NCBI GenBank assembly: GCA_963662625.1
Contig: OY759726.1
Location: 1,179,867-1,211,866, forward strand
Origin: Nitrosopumilus sp.
GTDB lineage: Archaea; Thermoproteota; Nitrososphaeria; Nitrososphaerales; Nitrosopumilaceae
DNA: 32,000 bases
Reading direction: 5' to 3'
The position numbers were made by a program, and so were the translations under genes. The notes beneath the pieces were generated by a model. It was not told the DNA's origin and did not search any database. It saw only the letters and a list, made by a program, of their open reading frames with translations. This document shows, piece by piece, positions 23,036 to 32,000 of this stretch; positions within the stretch are counted from its first letter, which is position 1; every line of letters starts with the position of its first letter.

Positions 23036-23650
23036 ATGACCATGAAAGCCGCAAGGTCGTCCCTAGACAGGATTTCAAGATCGCTGTCAAAAACCCAGGA
23101 CGACAGGGAGTTCCTGCTGAGGAACACGCGGGAGATAATCGCCGCGTGCGGCAGGTCGATAATCTCGACGCACAGGGGCGACTCCAAGTCCGCAAAGGCG
23201 AGCCTCGGGCGCGCCGGCGCGCTGCTGGAGAAATACAGGGCAAAGGCGGCCGGGGACCTGAAGCGGTACATGATCACCCCGGAGCAGGAATACGTCGAGG
23301 CGGCGTGCCTGATCTCGATCGCGGAAAAAAAACCGATCCCGTCGGACAAGAAGCTGAACGTGATGCCGGAGGCGTACGTCCTCGGCCTGCTGGACTGCGT
23401 GGGCGAGATGAAGCGGATGGTCTTCGACCAGATCAGGGCGGGGGACGTCGGGGAGGCCTCCAGGGTCTTTGACGTCATGGAAAACCTGTACCTTGCCCTG
23501 TACCCGTTCGCGGCGTATGACAAGGTGCTCAAGGACGCCAGGAGGAAGACCGACGTTGATCGGATCCTCGTCGACGACGCGAGGGGGGCGATCACGGAGG
23601 AGGCCAGGCGCTCCGAGCTGATCAGGGCCATGGGCGGGATCGGCGGGTAG
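23036..23650 (+). CDS. Translin-family protein
   Basis: PEAYVLGLLDCVGEMKRMVFDQIRAGD...VMENLYLALYPF...LRKTDVDR parallels the translin pattern EDYLxGxxxLxxELxR...GD...F..L. ATG 23036 is preferred over the track's TTG at 23018. Confidence 0.7.
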   Translation: MTMKAARSSLDRISRSLSKTQDDREFLLRNTREIIAACGRSIISTHRGDSKSAKASLGRAGALLEKYRAKAAGDLKRYMITPEQEYVEAACLISIAEKKPIPSDKKLNVMPEAYVLGLLDCVGEMKRMVFDQIRAGDVGEASRVFDVMENLYLALYPFAAYDKVLKDARRKTDVDRILVDDARGAITEEARRSELIRAMGGIGG

Positions 23651-23664
23651 CAGGTGTGGGTGTG

Positions 23665-23749
23665 TGCGGGCGATGGGATTTGAACCCACGAACTCCTGAG
23701 AGACTAGCCCCTCAAGCTAGCGCCTTTGGCCAGGCTGGGCAACGCCCGC
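23665..23749 (-). tRNA. tRNA-Leu (anticodon GAG), class II with a long variable arm
   Basis: The reverse complement reads gcgggcg ttgcccagcctggccaaaggcg ctagc ttGAGgg gctag tctctcaggagttc gtggg ttcaaat cccat cgcccgc a. Stems pair. No encoded CCA. Confidence 0.9.
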
Positions 23750-23801
23750 AACTAGTGTGCCTTGCATGGTTTTTATAATCCTTGGTCGCCCCTTCGTTCG
23801 T

Positions 23802-24038
23802 ATGCTGATTCCGGTAAGATGTTTCACCTGCGGGAACCTGATAGCGGACAAGCATGAGGACTATCAAAGCAGGGTAAAGGCGGGCGAGGATCCCGCCGCG
23901 GTGCTGGATTCCCTGCAGATCAGCAGGTATTGCTGCCGCAGGATGCTGCTGTCTACCGTGGAGACCATCCAGCAGGTCATCCCGTTCTACGAGGCGATAC
24001 ACAGGAGACGGCAGGAAGTCCTGTCTGAGCTAGAATAG
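23802..24038 (+). CDS. rpoN: DNA-directed RNA polymerase subunit N (Rpo10/RpoN)
   Basis: [17 protein letters not shown]...YCCRRMLL is the Rpb10/RpoN zinc-bundle signature. tttttataat lies about 25 nt upstream of ATG 23802. The track start at 23757 adds an implausible leader. Confidence 0.9.
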   Translation: MLIPVRCFTCGNLIADKHEDYQSRVKAGEDPAAVLDSLQISRYCCRRMLLSTVETIQQVIPFYEAIHRRRQEVLSELE

Positions 24039-24039
24039 A

Positions 24040-25278
24040 TTGCCAAGGATAACCTCCGTCGACGGGCGCATTTTATACAACAGCAGGGGGGGCAGGACCG
24101 TCGAGGTTGACGTGACCGCCGACGGCGCCCACCTGGGCAGGGTCTGCGCGCCTTCGGGCGCCAGCGTGGGCAGGCACGAGGCGGTGAGTTTTCCCAACGG
24201 CAGGCCGGAAGACGGGCTGAGGATCCTGAGGGAAAACTCGCAGAGGTTCGTGGGGCTGGAACCGTCCGACCTAAAGTCCGTCCACGACGCCCTGCGGTGC
24301 ATCGACCAGACCCCCGACTATTCGAAGATCGGCGGGGCGCTGGCGTTCGCGGTGACGATCGCGTCGATGGAGTCGGCCTCCAGGGAGTCCGGCCGGCCGC
24401 TGTTCCAGATGCTGTCGCCGGAGGCGCGTTTCAGGTTCCCCTTCCCGCTGGGGAACATCCTGGGCGGGGGGGCCCACGCGGGGCCGGGCACCCCGGACAT
24501 ACAGGAGATACTGGTATGCGCGACGGGAGCCGGGACGGTCGTGGAGGCGATCGAGACGAACCTGTCGGTGCACGGGGAGCTCCGGCGGGTACTGGAGAGG
24601 GAAGACCCGGGGTTTACTAACGGCAGGGGGGACGAGGGCGGCTGGGCGCCGAAGCTGGACAACGAGAGGGCCCTGGAACTGTCTGCCAAGGCGTGCGAGA
24701 ACCTGGGCTTCACGCTGGGAAAGGAGGTGTCCCTCGGCGTGGACTTTGCGTCGTCGACGCAGTGGAACGAGGCCAGGCAGACCTACGAGTACCGCAGGGC
24801 CGGCTTTGAGAACTCGCCGGCAGAGCAGATCGAGTTCGCCTCCAGGCTTATCCGCGACTACAAGCTGGCCTACGCGGAGGACGCCGTCCACGAGGAGGCG
24901 TTCGAGGACATGGCCGAGCTGACCTCGAGGTTCCCTGACACGCTGGTCACGGGCGACGACCTCACGGTGACGAACACGGGAATACTGAAGAAGGCGATCG
25001 GGTCAAAGTCGTGCAACGCCGCGATCCTGAAGGTAAACCAGGCGGGGAGCCTGTACGACGCGCTGGAGTTCGCGGGCGAGGCAAACTCCCACGGCATCGG
25101 GCTCGTCACGTCGCACAGGTCAGGCGAGTCTACCGACTCCCACATCTCCCACATCGGCCTGGCCACCGGCTCTAAGATGCTCAAGGTGGGCATAGTGGGG
25201 GGGGAGCGGGTGGCAAAGATAAACGAGCTGGTGCGCCTCTCAGAGCATGATTTAATATGCGGTATGGCAGAGGTTTAG
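24040..25278 (+). CDS. eno: Enolase
   Basis: 412 aa. Contains ILYNSRGGRTVEVDV, APSGASVG, GDEGGWAP, VTGDDLTVTN, LKVNQAGSL and SHRSGES. TTG at 24040 is the only start candidate after the in-frame stop at 24031. Confidence 0.95.
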   Translation: MPRITSVDGRILYNSRGGRTVEVDVTADGAHLGRVCAPSGASVGRHEAVSFPNGRPEDGLRILRENSQRFVGLEPSDLKSVHDALRCIDQTPDYSKIGGALAFAVTIASMESASRESGRPLFQMLSPEARFRFPFPLGNILGGGAHAGPGTPDIQEILVCATGAGTVVEAIETNLSVHGELRRVLEREDPGFTNGRGDEGGWAPKLDNERALELSAKACENLGFTLGKEVSLGVDFASSTQWNEARQTYEYRRAGFENSPAEQIEFASRLIRDYKLAYAEDAVHEEAFEDMAELTSRFPDTLVTGDDLTVTNTGILKKAIGSKSCNAAILKVNQAGSLYDALEFAGEANSHGIGLVTSHRSGESTDSHISHIGLATGSKMLKVGIVGGERVAKINELVRLSEHDLICGMAEV

Positions 25279-25285
25279 AATCGCC

Positions 25286-25909
25286 ATGAGTCAGCAGGCA
25301 GAAACGACCGACATCAAAAAAAGGGTGCTCTCCACCGGCATCAGGGTGGGGACGCAGGTCAAGACCAAGTTCATGAGGCAGTTCATAACAAAGGCCAGCC
25401 CGGAGGGGCTGTACATGCTCGACCTGGACATCACCATGGAGAGGATCAAGACCGCCGCCAGGTTCATCAACCGCCTCGGGCCGGAAAGGCTGATCATCTG
25501 CTCGGGCAGGCAGTACGCGAACACCCCCATCGAGAAGTTCTGCGAAATGCTGGGCTCCACAAAGTCGCTGGGCAGGTTCATGCCCGGCACCCTGACAAAC
25601 CCCTCGCTGCCGTACTACAAGGAACCGAAGCTGGTGCTGATCTCCGACCCGCAGATCGACGGGCAGTCGATCACGGAGGCGACGAACGCGGGCATACCTG
25701 TCATCGGGATTGCAAACACCGACAACATAACGTCAAAACTCGACGTGATAATCCCAGCAAACAACAGGGGCAGGAAGGCCCTTGCCACCATCTACTGGCT
25801 CCTCGCACGCCAGATCCTCATCGAGAGGGGGGACCTGAAGGAAGACGAGCCGATGAAGTACGAGATAGACGACTTTGAGACCAAGATAACCGAAGAGGAA
25901 CCCGAGTGA
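25286..25909 (+). CDS. rps2: 30S ribosomal protein S2 (uS2)
   Basis: 207 aa. Contains GIRVGTQVKT...GLYMLDL, SDPQIDGQSITEATNAGIPVIGIANTDN and IPANNRGRKALA. Confidence 0.95.
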   Translation: MSQQAETTDIKKRVLSTGIRVGTQVKTKFMRQFITKASPEGLYMLDLDITMERIKTAARFINRLGPERLIICSGRQYANTPIEKFCEMLGSTKSLGRFMPGTLTNPSLPYYKEPKLVLISDPQIDGQSITEATNAGIPVIGIANTDNITSKLDVIIPANNRGRKALATIYWLLARQILIERGDLKEDEPMKYEIDDFETKITEEEPE

Positions 25910-26739
25910 TGCGGGTTAGGACGCCGGCGGTGGCCGGGATGTTCTACCCGGGGGAAAGAGGCGAACTGGAGCGGTCCATCCGCGGGTGCTTCCTGCACAG
26001 GCTGGGGCCTGGCAGTGCCCCCGGGCCGCGCACCCGCAAGATTTTCGGCGCGGTATGCCCGCACGCGGGATACGCGTACTCCGGGCCGGTGGCAAGCCAC
26101 GCCTTCCGCGCGATCTCCCCGGACGTCCCGGAGCTGTTCGTCATAGTGGGCCCCAACCACTGGGGGATCGGGCGCGACCTGGCAACCATGATGGACTGCG
26201 CGTGGAGGACGCCGCTGGGAGACGTCGAGGTGGACTCGGAGGCGGCCGGGGAGATCTCCGAGTCGTCCGGCGTGGTGGACGTGGACTATTTTTCCCACGC
26301 GCGGGAGCACAGCATAGAGGTGCAGCTGCCCATGATCCAGGACATGGCGCGCGACCCCAAGATCGTCCCCATATCGATGATCAGCCAGGACAGGGATTCT
26401 GCAAGCGCCGTGGGCCTGGCAATCGCGGGCGCGGCAGCGGCAAGGGATGCCGTGGTGATAGGATCGTCGGACTTTACGCATTATGAGCCAAACGACCTGG
26501 CGTACGAGCAGGACACGGCGCTGATCGATCCGATCCTGAGGCTGGACGTCGGCGGGTTTTACCGCGTCCTGGGCGACAGGAAGGTCAGCGCCTGCGGCTA
26601 CGGCGCGATCGCCTCCACCATGGTAGCGTGCAAGAAGCTCGGGGCGACCCGGGGGGATCTGCTGAAATACGCCACGAGCGGAGACGTCACGGGGGACATG
26701 AGTTCGGTAGTGGGATACGGGTCCATAGTGTTCACTTGA
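25909..26739 (+). CDS. MEMO1-family protein (AmmeMemoRadiSam system protein B type)
   Basis: VAGMFYPG...CPHAGYAYSG...EHSIEVQLP...SSDFTHY...ACGYGAI. ATG 25909 overlaps the S2 stop (tgATG). GTG 25906 is also possible. Confidence 0.85.
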   Translation: MRVRTPAVAGMFYPGERGELERSIRGCFLHRLGPGSAPGPRTRKIFGAVCPHAGYAYSGPVASHAFRAISPDVPELFVIVGPNHWGIGRDLATMMDCAWRTPLGDVEVDSEAAGEISESSGVVDVDYFSHAREHSIEVQLPMIQDMARDPKIVPISMISQDRDSASAVGLAIAGAAAARDAVVIGSSDFTHYEPNDLAYEQDTALIDPILRLDVGGFYRVLGDRKVSACGYGAIASTMVACKKLGATRGDLLKYATSGDVTGDMSSVVGYGSIVFT

Positions 26740-27683
26740 GATCCAAGGCGTCGGCGCCCGGAAAGGTGATCCTGTTCGGGGAGCATTTCGTGGTGTACGG
26801 CGTCCAGGCGGTGCTGTGCGCGATAGACAGGCGGATCACGGTCTCCGCCGAGACGACCCCCGGAGGCACGGTATCGATCAGGTCGGGCGTCGGCACGCTC
26901 TCGGCCGGCCCCGCGACGGGCTTGGGGGACGTGGACCCGCCGCTGCGGCCCCTGTTTTACCTGGCAAGGAGGATCTCAGAGGAGCACGGCCACGGAGGGG
27001 GCGTTTCGCTGGACGTAGAGTCAGAGCTCCCGCCAGGGGCGGGCCTGGGATCGTCGTCGGCCGCCTGCGTGGCGGGCGCGGCGGCGGTATCGGGGCTGTT
27101 CGGGGAGCCCGACAGGGAGGAGGTGCTGGGGCTGGCAATCGAGGCGGAGAGGACCGCCTACCCTGCCTCTTCTGGCGCGGACTGCACGGTGTGCACGCAC
27201 GGCGGGATCATGAGGTATTCCCGGGAGGGCGGGTTCTCGAGGGTGGTGCCGGCGCCGGGCTTCAGGCTGGTCGTCGCGAGCTCGGGCGCGGAACACTCCA
27301 CGGCAGACATGGTGTCGGCCGTGAGGGGGTTCAGGGAGAGGAACGCGGAGCGGTTCTCGGAGATGTGCGGCGCCGAGGGCAGGCTGGTGGAGTCTGCGCT
27401 GCGCCTGATCGCGGAGAACGACCTGGCTGGGCTGGGAAGGTGCGTGACGGAGAACCAGGGGATGCTCGAGGAGATGGGCGTCTCAAGCGAGAGGCTGGGG
27501 GAGATGGTGGCAGTCGCAAACGAGACGTCGTTTGGCGGCAAGATAACCGGCGCCGGGGGAGGCGGGTGCATATTCGCGCTAAGCGACGAGGCAGGCGTGC
27601 GGGACGCCGTCAGGGGGTTCCGGGAAAGGGGGATAGACTGCTTTCCCACGGGGATCGACTTTGACGGACTGAATACTTTTTAA
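26736..27683 (+). CDS. mvk: Mevalonate kinase
   Basis: SAPGKVILFGEHFVVYG, PPGAGLGSSSA (GHMP motif) and KITGAGGGGC. I infer the start at TTG 26736, overlapping the MEMO stop (cTTGA). The upstream part of the track ORF overlaps MEMO out of frame. Confidence 0.9.
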   Translation: MRSKASAPGKVILFGEHFVVYGVQAVLCAIDRRITVSAETTPGGTVSIRSGVGTLSAGPATGLGDVDPPLRPLFYLARRISEEHGHGGGVSLDVESELPPGAGLGSSSAACVAGAAAVSGLFGEPDREEVLGLAIEAERTAYPASSGADCTVCTHGGIMRYSREGGFSRVVPAPGFRLVVASSGAEHSTADMVSAVRGFRERNAERFSEMCGAEGRLVESALRLIAENDLAGLGRCVTENQGMLEEMGVSSERLGEMVAVANETSFGGKITGAGGGGCIFALSDEAGVRDAVRGFRERGIDCFPTGIDFDGLNTF

Positions 27684-27706
27684 TTGACTCGGTATTTCTG
27701 GACAAC

Positions 27707-28459
27707 ATGATCCTGCTGAAACTGGGGGGCTCGGTCATCACAAACAAGGCCAGGCCCCTCTCGCCGAGGAGGAAGGCCGTGGACGGGCTGGCCTGGTGCC
27801 TGGGGAGGATCGGCGAGCCGGTGGTAGTGGTACACGGAGGGGGCTCCTACGGGCACCACTGGTCCGTGAAATACGACATGCACACGAAGCCAAAGAAATA
27901 CGCCGCGAGGGGGGTGGCAGTGGTGAAGACCTCCATGGTGGAGCTCAACAGGATCGTCCTGAACGCCATGCTGAGGAACGGCCTGAACCCGTACTGCCTC
28001 CCGCCGACCGACTTCATGCACGGCGGAACGCCGGTGGAGGAAAAGATCAGGGAGATCGGGAGGATCGCCAGGTCCGGCCTGATCCCAGTGACGTTCGGGG
28101 ACGCGCTGTGGCACGGCCGGAACAGGACGTACATACTGTCGGGGGACAGGATCATGACCCACCTGGCCGGGGTCCTGAAGCCGAGGCTGTGCGTCTTCGC
28201 GCTGAACGAGGACGGCCTGTACGACGATCTCGGCTCGAAGAGGCTGGTCCGGGAGTTCAGGGGAGGGGGGCACACGGCCCGGGAGAGCCCGGCGGACGTG
28301 ACGGGGGGGATGGCGCGCAAGGTGGAGGAGGCCACCCGGATCTCGGGGGGCGGCACCAAGGTGTTCTTCGCCAACGGGTTCAGGCCGGAAAGGATCGTGA
28401 ATGCAGTTAAAAACAACAGGTTTGAGGGAACCTTGTTCAGGGGAATGAGGCATGGCTGA
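27707..28459 (+). CDS. ipk: Isopentenyl phosphate kinase (amino-acid-kinase fold)
   Basis: LKLGGSVITNK, VVVHGGGSYGH, ILSGDRI and DVTGGM. Confidence 0.9.
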   Translation: MILLKLGGSVITNKARPLSPRRKAVDGLAWCLGRIGEPVVVVHGGGSYGHHWSVKYDMHTKPKKYAARGVAVVKTSMVELNRIVLNAMLRNGLNPYCLPPTDFMHGGTPVEEKIREIGRIARSGLIPVTFGDALWHGRNRTYILSGDRIMTHLAGVLKPRLCVFALNEDGLYDDLGSKRLVREFRGGGHTARESPADVTGGMARKVEEATRISGGGTKVFFANGFRPERIVNAVKNNRFEGTLFRGMRHG

Positions 28460-29093
28460 GGAATACGTCATACTGGTCGACGAGGACGACAACCCCGTGG
28501 GGCTGGAGGAGAAGGTGAGGTGCCACCTGCCCGACGGCAAGCTGCACCGGGCGTTCACCGCGCTGATCTTCGACGGGGACGGCAACCTGCTGCTGACCCG
28601 GAGGGCCAGAGAGAAGATGTTGTGGCCCGGGGACTGGGACGGGACGGTGGCCAGCCACCCGAGGGAGTCCGAGACGTACGCCTCCTCGGCCGAAAGGAGG
28701 CTACCGGAGGAGCTGGGAATCTCGTGCCCCATGGACTACCTGATGAAGTTCGAGTACCACGCGCCGTACGGGGACGTGGGCTCCGAAAACGAGATCTGCG
28801 GCACGCTGATTGGCGTGGTGGGGGACGGCACGCGGGTCATGCCCGTCCGGGGGGAGATAGACGAGACCCGGTGGGTCTCGGCCCCCACGCTGGCGCGGGA
28901 ATTGGAGGCGGCCCCGCGGGACTACTGCCCGTGGATGCTGATCGCGCTGGCCCTGCTCGGCAAGTCGGAGGGCGGGGCGCTGGAAAGGCACGAGGGCGTC
29001 CTGCGCCAATGGCTGGACAGCGTCGTGGCCGACGCGCTTCCCGGGGCGATACGCTCGCACCTGCCGGACGACCGGTGGAGGATCGCCCGATGA
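28452..29093 (+). CDS. idi: Isopentenyl-diphosphate delta-isomerase, type 1 (Nudix-fold)
   Basis: LHRAFTALIFDGDGNLLLTRRA..K..WPG.W.....SHP...E....AERRL.EELG...ENEICG is the IDI-1 pattern. Overlaps ipk by 8 nt. Confidence 0.88.
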   Translation: MAEEYVILVDEDDNPVGLEEKVRCHLPDGKLHRAFTALIFDGDGNLLLTRRAREKMLWPGDWDGTVASHPRESETYASSAERRLPEELGISCPMDYLMKFEYHAPYGDVGSENEICGTLIGVVGDGTRVMPVRGEIDETRWVSAPTLARELEAAPRDYCPWMLIALALLGKSEGGALERHEGVLRQWLDSVVADALPGAIRSHLPDDRWRIAR

Positions 29094-30070
29094 GCGGGAC
29101 CGGGGGGATCCGGGATAACGCAAGGGCGGTGAACCGGTACCTCGGCGAGACGCTGAGCGGGAGCCCGAGGGAGCTTTACGACGCGGCTGGCCACCTCATC
29201 GCGAACGGCGGGAAGAGGCTTAGGCCGTACATGGTAGTCAAGAGCTGCCAGATCCTGGGCGGAAGGAAGTCGGACGCGATGCCCGCCGCCGGCGCAGTCG
29301 AGATGGTTCACAACTTCACGCTGGTCCACGACGACATCATGGACAACGACGACGTGCGGCACGGGGTCCCGACGGTGCACAGGAAGTTCGGGATGCCGGT
29401 GGCGATACTTGCAGGGGACGTCCTGTTCTCGAAGGCCTACCGGGACATCGCGGGATCCGGCCTGCCCGCGGAGGCGGTCGTGCGGCTGGTCGCCAGGCTG
29501 GCCGCAGCCTGCGTGGACGTCTGCGAGGGCCAGCTGCTGGACATCAGGATGGCCGACGAAAAAAAACTCCCCTCGCAGCGGCGGTACGTCACCATGGTCC
29601 GCAAGAAGACCGCGGCCCTGTTCGAGGTGTCCTGCTCCATGGGGGCGATCTGCGCGGCGGGAAGCCCGCGGGACGTGGGGAACATGGCCTCGTTCGGGAG
29701 GAACCTGGGGATAGCATTCCAGATCACCGACGACCTCATCGGGGTGATGGGGGACCCGAAGATCACGAAAAAACCCGTCGGCAACGACATCCGCGAGGGG
29801 AAAAAATCGCTCCCGATCCTCATGGCGGTGAGGCGGTCAGGCGGCAAGGACAGGGAGGCCATACTGGGGGCGTTTGGCAACCCGGGCGCGTCGCAGGACG
29901 AGCTCGAGAGGGCGGTGGGGGCCATACGCAGGCTGGGCATCGAGCAGGACGTGAGGGACGAGGCGCTAAAGTACGCCTCCAAGGCCGAAGGGTCGCTGGC
30001 GGGGTACTCCGGCCCGGCAAGGGACGGCCTGGCGGCGCTGCTGGATTTCGTGGTAAGAAGGAGCCTGTGA
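29090..30070 (+). CDS. idsA: Geranylgeranyl diphosphate synthase (trans-polyprenyl synthase family)
   Basis: GGKRLRP, first Asp-rich motif LVHDDIMDNDDVRHG, KKTAALF, second motif FQITDDLIG. ATG 29090 overlaps the idi stop (ATGA). The track ORF from 28520 is an out-of-frame extension across idi. Confidence 0.9.
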   Translation: MSGTGGIRDNARAVNRYLGETLSGSPRELYDAAGHLIANGGKRLRPYMVVKSCQILGGRKSDAMPAAGAVEMVHNFTLVHDDIMDNDDVRHGVPTVHRKFGMPVAILAGDVLFSKAYRDIAGSGLPAEAVVRLVARLAAACVDVCEGQLLDIRMADEKKLPSQRRYVTMVRKKTAALFEVSCSMGAICAAGSPRDVGNMASFGRNLGIAFQITDDLIGVMGDPKITKKPVGNDIREGKKSLPILMAVRRSGGKDREAILGAFGNPGASQDELERAVGAIRRLGIEQDVRDEALKYASKAEGSLAGYSGPARDGLAALLDFVVRRSL

Positions 30071-30071
30071 C

Positions 30072-31781
30072 TTGGACGCAGGACTCGGGGATGAGATCAG
30101 GAAACTGGCGCTGCAAAACGCGTTCGAGCACGGGGGGCAGACCCGCGACAAGATCGTCTTGGCAAAGGTGCTGGGCGCCCGGCCGGATCTCAGGGGCAGG
30201 GCGAGGGAGATCGCCGGGCAGATCTCCGGGGTGGTCTCGGAGGTCAACGCGATCCCGGTAGCGGAGCAGGGCAGGGAGCTCGAGGAAAGGTTCCCTGGCC
30301 TCCTGGCCCCCAAGGAAAGGGCCCCGGAGCGGGAGGGGCTGCCCCCGCTGCCCGGCGCGGAGCACGGCAAGGTGGTCACGCGGTTTCCCCCCGAGCCAAA
30401 CGGGTACCCCCACATAGGGCACGCAAAGGCCGCGATCATCAACGCCGAGTACGCGAGGATGTACGGCGGCAGGTGCATCCTGAGGATCGACGACACCAAC
30501 CCCGAGGCGGAGAGGATGGAGTACCACGCGGCCATAAAGGTGGGCCTGGACTGGCTCGGGGTGGAGTTTGACACCGTAAAGAGCACGTCTGACGACATGG
30601 ACCTGCTCCATGAAAAGGGCCAGGAACTCATACGGTCCGGAAAGGCGTACGTGTGCACGTGCAAGAGGAAGGACATCAGCCGGAACCGGAGGGAGAGAAA
30701 GGCCTGCAAGTGCAGCGGGGGGGCCGTCGAGCGAAACGAGGACGGGTGGGAGAAGATGTTCCAGAAGTTCAGGCCGGAGGAGGCCGTAGTGAGGTTCCGC
30801 GGCGACATGGGGTCGGACAACGCGGTCATGAGGGATCCCGTGCTGTTCAGGATAATCGACGAAAAGCACTACGTGCTAGGGAACAAGTACCGGGTCTGGC
30901 CAAGCTACGACCTCGCGGTGGCGGTCGAGGACAGCGCGGACGGCGTCACGCACGCCTTCCGCTCGAAGGAGTTCGAGCTGAGGGGGGAGCTGATCGAGGC
31001 CATCCTGGACGCGCTGGGCATGAGAAAGCCTGCCCAGGGGTTCTTTTCCCGGCTGGAGTTCGAGGGGATGCCAGTCTCCAAGAGGATCCTGAGGCCCCTG
31101 ATCGAGGAAGGCAGGGTGTCGTGGTATGACGACCCCAGGCTGCCCACGCTGGAGGCCATGAAGCGGAGGGGAATCAGGCCCGGGGCGGTGAGGAAGTTCG
31201 TCCTGTCGCTGGGGATGACCAAGGCGGACACCCTGGCGCCGTTTGGCGCGCTGGAGGCGTTCAACCGGAGGCTCGTGGACGCGGACAGCATCCGGCTGCA
31301 CATGGTGGCCAGCCCCTCCAGGATCGCGGTAAGGGGCATGCCCGCGCCCTTCGTGGACCTGCCCAACCACCCCTCCGGGGGGATGGGGACGAGGAGGGTG
31401 GAGGTCGGGGAAGGCCTCCTCGTAGCCGGCCCCGACGCGGAAAACCTGCGCGCCGGCTCGCGCGTCAGGCTCCTGGGGCTCGGCAACGTCAAGATCACAA
31501 AGGCCGGCGGCGGGCTAGAGGGGGATTTCGAGGGGGACGGCGCGCCGGGAGACATCCCGAAGATCCAGTGGGTCCCGGAGGGCGGCGCGCACGGGCTGAC
31601 GATCCTCGTCCCGCGCCCGCTCTTTGCCGGCGGCGAATTCGACGCGGACAGCCTGGAGGAGCTAAAGGTATATACGGAGCCGCACTACTTGCAGCTAAAA
31701 GAAGGGGAAGCGATTCAATTTGTCAGGTTCGGCTACTGCAGGAAGGATTCTCAGAACCGGGCGGTATTCACGCACAAGTGA
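30072..31781 (+). CDS. gltX: Glutamyl-tRNA synthetase (archaeal type)
   Basis: 569 aa. Contains RFPPEPNGYPHIGHAK (HIGH motif), RIDDTNPE, WPSYDLAVAVED and GMPVSKR (KMSKS-like). TTG start 1 nt after the GGPPS stop. Confidence 0.95.
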   Translation: MDAGLGDEIRKLALQNAFEHGGQTRDKIVLAKVLGARPDLRGRAREIAGQISGVVSEVNAIPVAEQGRELEERFPGLLAPKERAPEREGLPPLPGAEHGKVVTRFPPEPNGYPHIGHAKAAIINAEYARMYGGRCILRIDDTNPEAERMEYHAAIKVGLDWLGVEFDTVKSTSDDMDLLHEKGQELIRSGKAYVCTCKRKDISRNRRERKACKCSGGAVERNEDGWEKMFQKFRPEEAVVRFRGDMGSDNAVMRDPVLFRIIDEKHYVLGNKYRVWPSYDLAVAVEDSADGVTHAFRSKEFELRGELIEAILDALGMRKPAQGFFSRLEFEGMPVSKRILRPLIEEGRVSWYDDPRLPTLEAMKRRGIRPGAVRKFVLSLGMTKADTLAPFGALEAFNRRLVDADSIRLHMVASPSRIAVRGMPAPFVDLPNHPSGGMGTRRVEVGEGLLVAGPDAENLRAGSRVRLLGLGNVKITKAGGGLEGDFEGDGAPGDIPKIQWVPEGGAHGLTILVPRPLFAGGEFDADSLEELKVYTEPHYLQLKEGEAIQFVRFGYCRKDSQNRAVFTHK

Positions 31782-31790
31782 GTGGGCGCC

Positions 31791-32000
31791 ATGAGGATAG
31801 CGAGGGTCTCCAAAAACGGCAAGGAGACGTACGGGCTGGTAAGGGACGGCATGCTTGCCACCAAGGACGACATCACGTACAAGACGGGCGTGCCGATACC
31901 GCGCAGCGTCAAGGACTTTCTGTTCGACGGGTGGTACGACGAGATCAAGGACAAGCTGGAGGGCCTCCGGTACGGCACGGACGTCTCAAGCTGCAGGCTG
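31791..32000 (+). CDS. N-terminal fragment of a probable fumarylacetoacetate hydrolase (FAH)-family protein (runs off the window)
   Basis: My own translation from ATG 31791: MRIARVSKNGKETYGLVRDGMLATKDDITYKTGVPIPRSVKDFLFDGWYDEIKDKL... This matches the usual FAH-family N-terminal pattern (M.iar....g....g.v.dg.v). Open to the end of the window. Confidence 0.5.
   Translation, partial: MRIARVSKNGKETYGLVRDGMLATKDDITYKTGVPIPRSVKDFLFDGWYDEIKDKLEGLRYGTDVSSCRL

Overview
This is a GC-rich (about 60-70%) archaeal window. Gene content and order point to a thaumarchaeon (ammonia-oxidising archaeon lineage). My guess is a Cenarchaeum symbiosum-like genome, which I cannot verify without a database search.

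The window is mostly housekeeping. I call 3 tRNAs (Glu-UUC, Met/Ile2-CAU, Leu-GAG), malate dehydrogenase, a LarB-like gene, a B12-domain/radical-SAM enzyme and ribosomal proteins S13, S4 and S2. I also call RpoN, enolase, GlmS, an archaeal CobT-like gene, an MBL hydrolase coupled to an NAD(P)HX epimerase, a translin-like gene and GluRS. A tightly coupled isoprenoid operon runs MEMO-mvk-ipk-idi(type 1)-GGPP synthase.

Accessory content is a minus-strand surface-protein cluster (5.9-10.7 kb), a multicopper oxidase-ZIP permease pair (10.9-13.2 kb) and a nested insertion-sequence locus (14.39-17.12 kb).

The observations most worth a second look:
1. An IS110-family element sits exactly inside the terminal inverted repeat of a DDE-type IS. 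Deleting the inner 1405 bp restores a 17/17 match to the other inverted repeat.
2. The 180-bp non-coding left end of that IS110 element carries short segments identical to both insertion junctions, as expected for a bridge-RNA-like guide.
3. Ribosomal protein S4 carries 18 perfect 24-bp tandem repeats that encode an (AEAAPETP)n tail.
4. A secreted protein contains 3.9 perfect 63-bp repeats encoding Cys-x10-Cys modules.
5. An apparently unannotated 53-aa Cys-rich ORF lies in an intergenic region.

Many long ORFs in the six-frame track are antisense or alternate-frame artefacts of the high GC content, and I rejected them. I found no CRISPR array, rRNA gene or recognisable defence system.
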